From NCBI GenBank assembly GCA_018057705.1, contig JAGPDF010000004.1, positions 12,140-76,139 of the forward strand: 64,000 bases of DNA, read 5' to 3'. Position numbers and translations under genes: made by a program. Positions 46,175 through 53,944 of the stretch are shown one piece after another (the first letter of the stretch is position 1; the number at the start of each line of letters is the position of its first letter). Below the pieces are notes generated by a model. That model did not search any database, was not told the origin of the DNA, and saw only the letters and a program-made list of their open reading frames with translations. The DNA comes from Thermoanaerobaculia bacterium (GTDB taxonomy: Bacteria > Acidobacteriota > Thermoanaerobaculia > Multivoradales > JAGPDF01).

Positions 46175-47152
46175 TCAGAAGTGATCCGAGTCGCCCATGG
46201 TCAGATAGAAACTCCCGAGCACCTGGGGCACGGTCACCCGCCGGTCGAAGGCGATGGCGCTCAGCCGGAGGACCGGCTCTGGAACCTGGGCGAAGCCCTC
46301 GCTGAGGAGCACGCTCGCCGCCTCGCCGTCGCCGCGCAGCCAGAGGTCGACGGCGGTTGCGCCCCGATCGCGGGCGCGCTCCGACACGGCGGCGACCAGG
46401 TCGGCGAGATCGGCCGGGCGCTCGCCGTCCCAGACGAGGTCGACCCAGTGCGCGACCTCGCCTCCGGAAGCGAGCACGGCCCAGGCCCGGGTCTCGCCAG
46501 CGCGACGCACCCCGATCTGAACGTAGCGCCCTCCCGGGCGGCGTTCGTAGCGCCAGCGGAACCAGGCGGCATCGCGCACCGTCGCGCACGGGTAGCGATC
46601 GCGGCTGCGGCGCCAGAGCCGGTCGGCGGCGTGGGCGTCGAAGCCTTCCGAGATCCAGCTCCGCGCCGGGAACCGGCTGCGGCCGGGCGCGCTCGCGCGC
46701 TGCAGGCGAACGAGCGCCGCCGGCTCGAAGTAGTGGCCGGTAACGGCGCCGGCACGTTGGTGGCGCTCACCGGGGAAGCCGTAGACGAAGCCGACCGGGG
46801 CAGCGCCATCGGCACCGGCGCATTCGGCGAGAAATCGCTCCATGGTGCTCTGGAACGGACCGCCGCGCGGGCCGAGCGCCCGCCGGCGGCGCGAGAAGAC
46901 GTCGACGATCTGCGCCGCCGGCATCGGCTCACCCCCCCAGACGGCGTCCACCGTGATGGCCGCATACTGGCAGGCGAGCTCACCGTCGCCGTCGAACGCC
47001 AGCAGGATGCGCGAGCCGCGCGGCGGCTCGAGAAACTTCCAGCGCCACTCGGCGAGGGAACGCTCGCTTCGAAAGACCTCCGCGAAAGCCCGCTGGATCG
47101 CGGACTCGTCCCCGGGGGCATAGGCACGCAGGCTGAAACCGTGGTCGCTCAT
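46175..47152 (-). CDS. GNAT-superfamily N-acetyltransferase (tandem/FemAB-like architecture)
   Basis: 'MSDHGFSLRAYAPGDESAIQRAFAEVF...' N-terminal GNAT-like start; a second acyl-CoA-binding-like half 'YVQIGVRRAGETRAWAVLASGGEVAHWVDLVWDG'. Assignment is by weak similarity only. Confidence 0.5.
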   Translation of the reverse strand: MSDHGFSLRAYAPGDESAIQRAFAEVFRSERSLAEWRWKFLEPPRGSRILLAFDGDGELACQYAAITVDAVWGGEPMPAAQIVDVFSRRRRALGPRGGPFQSTMERFLAECAGADGAAPVGFVYGFPGERHQRAGAVTGHYFEPAALVRLQRASAPGRSRFPARSWISEGFDAHAADRLWRRSRDRYPCATVRDAAWFRWRYERRPGGRYVQIGVRRAGETRAWAVLASGGEVAHWVDLVWDGERPADLADLVAAVSERARDRGATAVDLWLRGDGEAASVLLSEGFAQVPEPVLRLSAIAFDRRVTVPQVLGSFYLTMGDSDHF

Positions 47153-48270
47153 CGCGCCTGTGCGGTGTCGTCGCGGACGAGGTGCACCGGCGCCGACTCC
47201 CGGCCGCGGGCGTCGACGGCGCGAATCCAGAGCTCTCCTGGCGGAAGCCGGCGCCAGATCTCCTCCGGCATCTGCCAGTCGGGGGTGGGTCGCGCGAGCC
47301 GTTCGCCCGCCGCCGGAAACCCTCCGGCCGCGAGCGCCATCTCGACCCACGCGGTGTCGCCGGCCGCGAAAAGCCCGGGCAGTGCGAGCGCCGCCGAGGC
47401 GGCAGGCACCGCATCCGGCGCGCGACCGGCCGCACGACGAGGTGGCCTCGGAGCTGCGGCGAGCGCCTCGAGCAGCTGCGCGACGCCGGCGCCGAAGTGC
47501 CGGCGGCGGAAGATCTTCTCCGCTTCCGCGAACCAGGCGGTGGCGCTGGGCTCCCGCACGCTGCTCTGGGCGTAGAGATGCACCGCGTGCGCCGCGGGAA
47601 CGAAACGGGAGGCGAGGCCCGCGGCACGCAGACGAAGCAGCCAGTCGGTCTCCTCGAAGTAGAGGCGGAAGGCCTCGTCGAAAGGTCCCACCTTCGCCCA
47701 GGCGTCGCGCCGAAAGGCGATCAGGGCGCCCGAGAGAGACGACGAAACGAACGGCTCCGTCGCCTGCCAGTGGCGGCGGGCATGCCGGCGCCACGCCTTC
47801 CGCGCCGCGCCCGAGAGCAGGGGCGCCGCGGGAAAGCGGCGCGCCAGGGCGGCGCGCAGCTCCGCAGGGACAGATCTCGCCTCGGTCGGCGGCAGGAAGA
47901 CCCGCTGGTCGTGGTCCCAGTAGAACTGCGGCCCTGCCGCCGCGGTACCGCGTTCGAGCTCGGCGTGGAGGCTCGCGAGACATCCGGGGGCGACCAGGAC
48001 ATCTGGATTCATCGCGATGATGCGCGCGGCGGAGGTGCCTTCGACCCCGCAGCGCACGCCGCCGGCGTAGCCCAGGTTCGCTCCCGGATCGATCCGCCGC
48101 AACGGCAGCTCGTCCCAGGCCGAGCGGTCCGCCGGCTCGCTGCCATTGTCCACGACCACGATCTCGGCGCGCAGCCCGGAGATCTCGAGGTCCCTGCGCA
48201 GGGCCCGCACGGCCTCGGTGAGGAGCTCCGGGGTGCGGTAGTGCACCAGGATGATCGCGAGGTCGCTCAC
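47149..48270 (-). CDS. GT2 glycosyltransferase
   Basis: GTG start (GTGA overlap); 'LAIILVHYRTPELLTEAVRAL...EIVVVDNGSEP...GANLGYAGGVRCGV'. Confidence 0.75.
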   Translation of the reverse strand: MSDLAIILVHYRTPELLTEAVRALRRDLEISGLRAEIVVVDNGSEPADRSAWDELPLRRIDPGANLGYAGGVRCGVEGTSAARIIAMNPDVLVAPGCLASLHAELERGTAAAGPQFYWDHDQRVFLPPTEARSVPAELRAALARRFPAAPLLSGAARKAWRRHARRHWQATEPFVSSSLSGALIAFRRDAWAKVGPFDEAFRLYFEETDWLLRLRAAGLASRFVPAAHAVHLYAQSSVREPSATAWFAEAEKIFRRRHFGAGVAQLLEALAAAPRPPRRAAGRAPDAVPAASAALALPGLFAAGDTAWVEMALAAGGFPAAGERLARPTPDWQMPEEIWRRLPPGELWIRAVDARGRESAPVHLVRDDTAQAR

Positions 48271-49298
48271 GCGGAGGCCCGTTCTGCGCCTGCCGCCCAG
48301 GCGAGGGCCCGCTCGACCTCCACCGCGACACCCGCGGGTGAGAATCGCCGCGCCGCTGCGATGCCCTTGCGCCGTTGTGCGCGCCAGGCGGCCGGCGAGT
48401 CGAGGAGCGACTGCGCTCCCGCCGCGAAGGCACCGGCGTCGCCGGGCTCGACGAGCACCGCGCCGCCTTGCGCGGTCAGGAACTCGACGCCCGCAAGACG
48501 CGACGCCACGACCGGAACGCCGAGCTGCATCGCTTCGAGGAGCGGCAGACCGAGACCCTCGCCGGGGAGCGACGTGAAGAGCAGCAGGTCGCAGCCGGCC
48601 AGAGCTCGCAGGGCTTCGCCCGGGGCGACGGCCGTGAGATAGCGATCCGCCTGACCGAGCTCGCGCTCGGCTTCCGAACAGGGCAGGGCGGAGATCCGCA
48701 AGAGCCGCGCGGAGCGACCGGCGAGCCCGCCGAACGCTTCGAGGCCGGTGCGAATCCCCTTCACTTCCGCCTCGAAGATGCCGCAGAGTGCAACCCAGGG
48801 GAGGCGGCGCGGACCGAAGCGCAACGGGCGGCGCACTGTGAGATCGGCCGGCGCCGGCGCCAGCCGGGACTCGCGCCCGAACTGTTCCGCGAGCCGCCGG
48901 CCGAGGTGCGGCGCCACCACCAACGCGGGGAGCGGCCGGCGGTAGGCTTCGCGGATCGCCTCGCGCTGTGGCGCGAGGTGGACCAGGTCCTCCTCGAACC
49001 CCTGGCAGAAGTGCGCGACCGGTCCGGCCTGAAGCGCATCGGCCCGCGCCAGGGTCGTCCAAAAGGTGGCGACGATCAGATCCTGCGACGGCAGTCGCGC
49101 CTCTGGCTGCGAGAGGTCGAGGTAGCGCAGGGCTGGCCGGCTCCGGGAAGCGAACCAGGGGGCGAGCCAGGCCGGCCGCGGACCCTCCGCCGCGACCGTC
49201 AGCTGGTGGCCGCGATCGGCGAGGAGCCTGGCCTGCTGGGCGACGACCTTGGTCCCTCCGCCGAGCTCGGGCCGGTCCAGTAGATAGGTCACCCGCAT
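48267..49298 (-). CDS. GT4 glycosyltransferase
   Basis: 'MRVTYLLDRPELGGGTKVVAQQARLLADRGHQLTV...' N-domain; 'LLLFTSLPGEGLGLPLLEAMQLGVPVVASRLAGV'. Confidence 0.8.
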   Translation of the reverse strand: MRVTYLLDRPELGGGTKVVAQQARLLADRGHQLTVAAEGPRPAWLAPWFASRSRPALRYLDLSQPEARLPSQDLIVATFWTTLARADALQAGPVAHFCQGFEEDLVHLAPQREAIREAYRRPLPALVVAPHLGRRLAEQFGRESRLAPAPADLTVRRPLRFGPRRLPWVALCGIFEAEVKGIRTGLEAFGGLAGRSARLLRISALPCSEAERELGQADRYLTAVAPGEALRALAGCDLLLFTSLPGEGLGLPLLEAMQLGVPVVASRLAGVEFLTAQGGAVLVEPGDAGAFAAGAQSLLDSPAAWRAQRRKGIAAARRFSPAGVAVEVERALAWAAGAERASA

Positions 49299-49321
49299 CG
49301 GATCGCTTCCGGGGCGGCGAG

Positions 49322-50089
49322 CTAGAGCTCGTCCGCGAACGCCGGCCGCAGCCGGCGGAAGAGCGCCCAGCCCGTCCCGAGCACGGCGAGCGCGATCCCG
49401 ACGAGGGCAAAGGCGGCGCTCGCCTCCGGTGGCGCGCTGCCGAGGAGCACCGTCCGAAAGGCCTGGACGGTGGTCGCCATCGGATTGAGCGCAATCCAGG
49501 GGCGCAGGCTCTCCGGCACGAGGGTGAAGGGATAGACGATCGGGGTGAGATAGAACCAGGCCTGCATGCCGATGCCGATCGCCTGCGAGACGTCGCGGAA
49601 GAAGACCTGCAGGGCGGCCGCGGCCCAACCGAGCCCCAGCGCGAGGCAGATCTGCGCCGCGAGGCCGAAGAGCAGCCAGGGCAGGCGCCCCCAGGCGGGC
49701 TCCCCGGCGACCGCCTGCCAGACGGCGAAGATGGCGAGCGCGACGAACTGATGCACCAGCGCCGAAATCACGTTCGACACCACCAGCAGCTCGCTCGGGA
49801 AGCGCAGCTTCCGTACCAGGCCGGAATGGTCCACGACGGCGGTCGAGGCCCGCTGGACGGCCTCGGCGAAGCCCAGCCAGGGAACCAGGCCGGAGAAGAG
49901 AAAGACCGGGAAACTGGCCGTCCGCTCGCCGACGATCGGGACCTTCAGAATGACCGAAAAGACCACCCAGAGGAGGGCCAGCTGCCAGAGCGGGTGGACG
50001 AAAGCCCACAAAAAGCCGAACAACGAGCCGCGGTAACGGCTCTGCAGGTCGCGGCGGACCAGCTCTTTGAGGAGGAAACCGTGATGCAT
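49322..50089 (-). CDS. ABC-2 type polysaccharide/O-antigen export permease (Wzm/TagG-like)
   Basis: 'LLKELVRRDLQSRYRGSLFGFLWAFVHPLWQLALLWVVF' (ABC-2 permease signature), 6 TM helices. No adjacent ATP-binding partner gene. Confidence 0.75.
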   Translation of the reverse strand: MHHGFLLKELVRRDLQSRYRGSLFGFLWAFVHPLWQLALLWVVFSVILKVPIVGERTASFPVFLFSGLVPWLGFAEAVQRASTAVVDHSGLVRKLRFPSELLVVSNVISALVHQFVALAIFAVWQAVAGEPAWGRLPWLLFGLAAQICLALGLGWAAAALQVFFRDVSQAIGIGMQAWFYLTPIVYPFTLVPESLRPWIALNPMATTVQAFRTVLLGSAPPEASAAFALVGIALAVLGTGWALFRRLRPAFADEL

Positions 50090-50129
50090 TCGGGTCCCGG
50101 CGCCCTGGCGGGCAGCGGCTCATGGCATC

Positions 50130-50159
50130 TTGACATGGAACCTCGCCCCTGCCTACTAT
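50130..50159 (+). promoter_or_regulatory. Near-consensus sigma-70 promoter (TTGACA - 18 nt - TACTAT) for the XRE regulator gene
   Basis: -35 ttgaca at 50130-50135, -10 tactat at 50154-50159; predicted TSS about 50166; RBS agga at 50169-50172; ATG at 50182. Confidence 0.55.
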
Positions 50160-50181
50160 GCGTAAGTCTAGGACACCGACT

Positions 50182-50556
50182 ATGGGACAACTACCAGAGA
50201 TCCGCCAGGTCCAGCTCGTCGGGATGAAGATCCGTCAGCTCCGCAAGGAGCGGCATCTCACCCAGACGGAGCTCTCCGCGAAGCTGGGAATTCAGCAGTC
50301 CGACCTCTCGCGCATGGAAAAAGGCGAGTATCGGGTGAGTCTGGATACCCTCTTCAAGGTGCTCGCCGAGTTCCGCATCGGCGTCGGCGAGTTCTTCGAA
50401 GATGTCTCGCGGGAAACCGTCTCGCCGCGCGATCTGCGCCTGCTGAACGATTTCCACGCTCTCGATCCCACCGCGCAGGAGGAGATCGAAGGCTACATCC
50501 ACGAGCGCAAGCGGCCGGTTCGCAGCGCTCGCCGCGAACCGGTGCTCCTGAGCTAG
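50182..50556 (+). CDS. XRE-family (Cro/C1-type HTH) transcriptional regulator
   Basis: 'VGMKIRQLRKERHLTQTELSAKLGIQQSDLSRMEKGEYRVSLDTLFKVLAEF'. The ATG at 50182 is chosen because the ATG at 50158 lies inside the predicted -10 element; the longer ORF (50158) is an alternative. Confidence 0.7.
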   Translation: MGQLPEIRQVQLVGMKIRQLRKERHLTQTELSAKLGIQQSDLSRMEKGEYRVSLDTLFKVLAEFRIGVGEFFEDVSRETVSPRDLRLLNDFHALDPTAQEEIEGYIHERKRPVRSARREPVLLS

Positions 50557-50567
50557 GGACGCCGGGC

Positions 50568-51461
50568 GTGATCCGAAACGCAGCAGAGTTCCAGGCGGCC
50601 CGCGGCCGCTGGACGGAGGCCGTCGAAGCCGGGCGCCTGGACGAAGCGCTGGCGCTCGTCGAAGAGGCCTTGGCGTGGGCCGAGGTCGATGGCGACGAGC
50701 TGCTCCTCGACCGCGCGGTCTGCAACCGGGCGGCAATCGCCCTCGAGCTCGGCAGCGGGGCGGTGCACATCGCGTCGCTGCGCGCCCTGCTGATGCGCGC
50801 CGCGGACCCCGAAAACAGCTACCTCGCCGCCTACACCATCGCGCGTCACCACGAGCTTCAGAAGGAGCATCAGAAGGGTCTCTTCTACGCCCGGCTGGCG
50901 CGCGACCGCGCCGCCGCGCTCGACGAGAACCGGCAGGCTGCGAGCCTCAACTACATCGCGAACTTCCTCGTTGCCGAGAGCCGGTTCGAAGAGGCGATCG
51001 CCGCCTACGATGAGGCTCTCGCCCTGCTGCCGTCGATCGACTCGCTGCGCGGGGCGGTGATCGGCTACAACCTCGGCTACTGCAACGTGCTCACCGGCCG
51101 CAGCCGTGAGGGGCTGACGCTGCTCTACGCGAGCCTGCGTTCCCTGCTGCGCCGCGGCGCGCACGGTCACGCCATGAAAGCTCGACTCGATCTGGCCTTC
51201 GCCCTGCTCGAGACCGCGCACGCCCGCCCCGCCGGCCGCCATGCGGCACGCGCCCTGGCACTCGCCGAGAGCTTCGGGGACGCCGACGCGAAGAAGAACG
51301 CGCTCTACCTGCTCGGCGCGGCCGCGGTCGCGACCGGCGACCGGGTCGGCGCGCGCCGCCACTTCGAACGCCTGCAGCAGGGCTTCTACCCGGAAGCCGA
51401 CTACCTTCCCGAGCTCCTGCTGCACGTCGACGTGCGCGAACTGGTCAACCTCAAGGCCTGA
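50568..51461 (+). CDS. TPR-like all-helical repeat protein (hypothetical)
   Basis: Repeated helical A-x-x-x-A/L-rich units (e.g. 'AASLNYIANFLVAESRFEEAIAAYDEALALLP'); GTG start 12 nt after the XRE stop. Confidence 0.55.
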   Translation: MIRNAAEFQAARGRWTEAVEAGRLDEALALVEEALAWAEVDGDELLLDRAVCNRAAIALELGSGAVHIASLRALLMRAADPENSYLAAYTIARHHELQKEHQKGLFYARLARDRAAALDENRQAASLNYIANFLVAESRFEEAIAAYDEALALLPSIDSLRGAVIGYNLGYCNVLTGRSREGLTLLYASLRSLLRRGAHGHAMKARLDLAFALLETAHARPAGRHAARALALAESFGDADAKKNALYLLGAAAVATGDRVGARRHFERLQQGFYPEADYLPELLLHVDVRELVNLKA

Positions 51462-51472
51462 TCCTGCGACCG

Positions 51473-52864
51473 ATGAAGAACCTCCTCCGCGCCTTCGCTC
51501 TCTCGGCCCTCGTCGTCGCGACGCCGTCCTTCGCGACCGCGACGTCGACGCCGGTCGAGCTCGGCAGCGACGGCACGATCTACCGCCTCTGGACGGGGAC
51601 CTTCGGCGAGCTTTTCGGCCCTGACAACGCTGCCGTCCCCGGCGATCGGCCGATTCTCGCCCTGGATATCGTCCCGTCCGGGCAGCCTCTCGTTCGTCAT
51701 CTCGTCCCCGGCACCGAGGGCGCGGAGTCCGAAAGCTCTGCCGCGCTGCTTTTCGATCGCGCCTCCTCCTCGGTCCATATCGTCTGGAATTCGCGCACGG
51801 TCGCGAACCTGACGGTCTCGCGCCTTCACCTGCGCTCGCTCGCCTCCGAGGGCTGGACGGAGCTGATCGAGCTCTCCGGCGGCTCGCTGACCGACAAGTC
51901 GGCGCTGCGCCTGGCGCTCACCTCGGACGACTACGCAAAGCGCACCGACGGTGTCGAGACGCGTGTCGCGCGCCGGGTTCTGCATCTGGTCTGGGTCGAG
52001 ACGGTGGCGGACGTCCCGCACGCCTACTACTCTCCCGTCGTCTTCGCCGACGGCAGATATCTCGGCTGGAACCCGGTCGTCGCGCTGGACGATCTCGCGA
52101 CCCCGGACCCCAGCCTCGCGCCCGCGCCGCAGGTCTCGGTCGCGCTCCGCGCGGCGCCGACCCTCACCGCGACGCCCACCGGCAAAGTCTCGGCTTCGTT
52201 CGTCCACTCGCTGTCGCGGCATCTGGTCGCGGTGGACGTGCAGGCGCTCCCCGGCGAGCTCGGCGAGTTGGCGGAGTCCGCTCGCGGGCACATCGTCGAG
52301 CTGGCGGCGGTTCTCGGCAACGAAGACCGTACCGAGCTCGCCACCCTGGCGCGCGGCCACATCGTCGAACTGGCAGGCGACTTCCATCCCGCCGCCGCGG
52401 CCTACATCGGCGATCGGACCGGCGAGCTGCTGGCTTCGGCGGAAGCCTCGATCGACAGCACGGTACTCGGCGAGATGGCCCGCGGGCACATCGTCGAGCT
52501 CGGGCGGGAGATTCTCGCCAGCGGGCTGGCGAACCGCTGCGCCGAGGAGGAGCTCCTGCTCGAGATCCCGGCGCTCGACGCCACCGGTGGCGGAGCTCCT
52601 GGAGACCACGTCTTCAGCCACTTCTTCGCGATGCGTCGGGTGGCGCGCTGGGAGATCCCGTCCGACCTCGTCGCTCCGGATGCGCGGATCCTGGTCTCTC
52701 CCGATGGCATTCGCGCCACGATCGCCTGGACAGGCGAGGGGCACCTCTTCTATCGCGAAGTCGAGGCGGATGGCGAGTGGAGCCCGGTGCGGGACCTCGA
52801 CTTCTCGCAGATCGCCGCCGCCGATGCCTGGGAAGCCGTAGCGCGTCGCGCTTCGGGCCTCTGA
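51473..52864 (+). CDS. Secreted hypothetical protein with a triplicated E-[LM]-A-x-x-A-R-G-H-I-V-E-L motif
   Basis: Signal peptide 'MKNLLRAFALSALVVATPSFATA'; repeats 'LAESARGHIVELAA', 'LATLARGHIVELAG', 'LGEMARGHIVELGR'. No family recognised. Confidence 0.6.
   Translation: MKNLLRAFALSALVVATPSFATATSTPVELGSDGTIYRLWTGTFGELFGPDNAAVPGDRPILALDIVPSGQPLVRHLVPGTEGAESESSAALLFDRASSSVHIVWNSRTVANLTVSRLHLRSLASEGWTELIELSGGSLTDKSALRLALTSDDYAKRTDGVETRVARRVLHLVWVETVADVPHAYYSPVVFADGRYLGWNPVVALDDLATPDPSLAPAPQVSVALRAAPTLTATPTGKVSASFVHSLSRHLVAVDVQALPGELGELAESARGHIVELAAVLGNEDRTELATLARGHIVELAGDFHPAAAAYIGDRTGELLASAEASIDSTVLGEMARGHIVELGREILASGLANRCAEEELLLEIPALDATGGGAPGDHVFSHFFAMRRVARWEIPSDLVAPDARILVSPDGIRATIAWTGEGHLFYREVEADGEWSPVRDLDFSQIAAADAWEAVARRASGL
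52280..52504 (+). repeat. Three dispersed ~25-bp near-identical DNA repeats (cgcgggcacatcgtcgagctgg) encoding the ARGHIVEL motif
   Basis: Copies at about 52280-52305, 52348-52374 and 52478-52504. Confidence 0.6.
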
Positions 52865-52903
52865 TTCACCTGCCTCTTCGAATCTCCTGAGTCTCAGCTG
52901 TAG

Positions 52904-52923
52904 GGGCGAGGCATGCCTCGCCC
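52904..52923. terminator. Perfect 20-nt GC-rich palindrome (GGGCGAGGCATGCCTCGCCC) between convergent genes; putative bidirectional terminator hairpin (no T-tract)
   Basis: Located in the 77-nt gap between the plus-strand gene ending at 52864 and the minus-strand gene ending at 52942. Confidence 0.35.
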
Positions 52924-52941
52924 GCTCAGGTTCGGCGAGTG

Positions 52942-53931
52942 CTAGATCTCGTCGAGCTCGAGCTGCCGCGCCGTCGGACGGGCGGGCAGGATCTGCGTTC
53001 CCTGCTCGTGCCAGGACGCCGCAATCGCCGCGCGACACTCCGGCGGAGCGATCACCAGCACCGAGCCGCCGCCGCCGGCGCCGCAGGCCTTGCCTCCCCA
53101 GGCGCCCAACTCCCGCGCCGTCTCGAGGAGCCGTGCGATCGCCGGCGTGGAGATCTCGGTGGAGAGCTGCCGACGCGCGGCCCACTCTTCGCCTACCAGT
53201 TCGCCCACCTTCGCCCAGTCCGCGGACAGCAGCGCTGCCGGCAGGCGACTGGCGACGCCGGCGATGTCGCCCAAGAGCCCGACGATGACCGGATCGGCTT
53301 CGAGCCGCCGGCGGACCACGAGCCAGTTGGCCCCCGCGGAGAAGTGACTCTGGCCGGTGAATCCGATGAGGAGATGCTCGCCGAGTCCGGCGAGGTCGGC
53401 CGCCAGCGAGGTGACCTGCTCCCCGCCCGGCTCGTGACCGATCTCGAGCAGGCCGCCGAGCTGCGCCGGATAGTGATCCTGAAGTCCGGTGGGCAGCCCC
53501 ATCAGCCGCGCCTCGAGGTCCCTCGCCACCGCGGCACGTTCGGCCGGCGTCCGGGTGAGGGCTCCGTGGAGAGCCACCTCCGCGGCGGCGAGCAAGGCGA
53601 CAGTCAGAGCGGAGCTCGCCCCCAGTCCCCCGCCGCGCGGCGACGCGCTGGCGATTTCGACTCCGAACGACGGTAGCTTCTCGGCTCGAGCCACCGCACC
53701 GACCAGCGCGCCACCCGGCGAAGCCGCGAGCTCAGCGAGCGTCGCCCGCTCGAGAACCTCGCCGTCCTGCCGCACCACGAAGCCGCCGGTCCGCAGCTCG
53801 AGCCGGACTTCGACCCCGAGGTCGAGCGCGACGTTCACGGTGCGTGCGCCGGGATGCAGCAGGCCGAGGGGCCAGATGTCGAGGGTCCCGCCAGCGAGAT
53901 CCGCGCGGCACCAGGTCTTGACCCGTATCAA
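52942..53931 (-). CDS. GHMP-family sugar kinase
   Basis: GHMP ATP-binding motif 'PRGGGLGASSALTVALLAA'; N-terminal 'LAGGTLDIWP' substrate-binding region; 'GAGGGGSVLVIAP' C-terminal motif. Confidence 0.75.
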   Translation of the reverse strand: MIRVKTWCRADLAGGTLDIWPLGLLHPGARTVNVALDLGVEVRLELRTGGFVVRQDGEVLERATLAELAASPGGALVGAVARAEKLPSFGVEIASASPRGGGLGASSALTVALLAAAEVALHGALTRTPAERAAVARDLEARLMGLPTGLQDHYPAQLGGLLEIGHEPGGEQVTSLAADLAGLGEHLLIGFTGQSHFSAGANWLVVRRRLEADPVIVGLLGDIAGVASRLPAALLSADWAKVGELVGEEWAARRQLSTEISTPAIARLLETARELGAWGGKACGAGGGGSVLVIAPPECRAAIAASWHEQGTQILPARPTARQLELDEI

Positions 53932-53944
53932 AGTCCAGAGCCTT

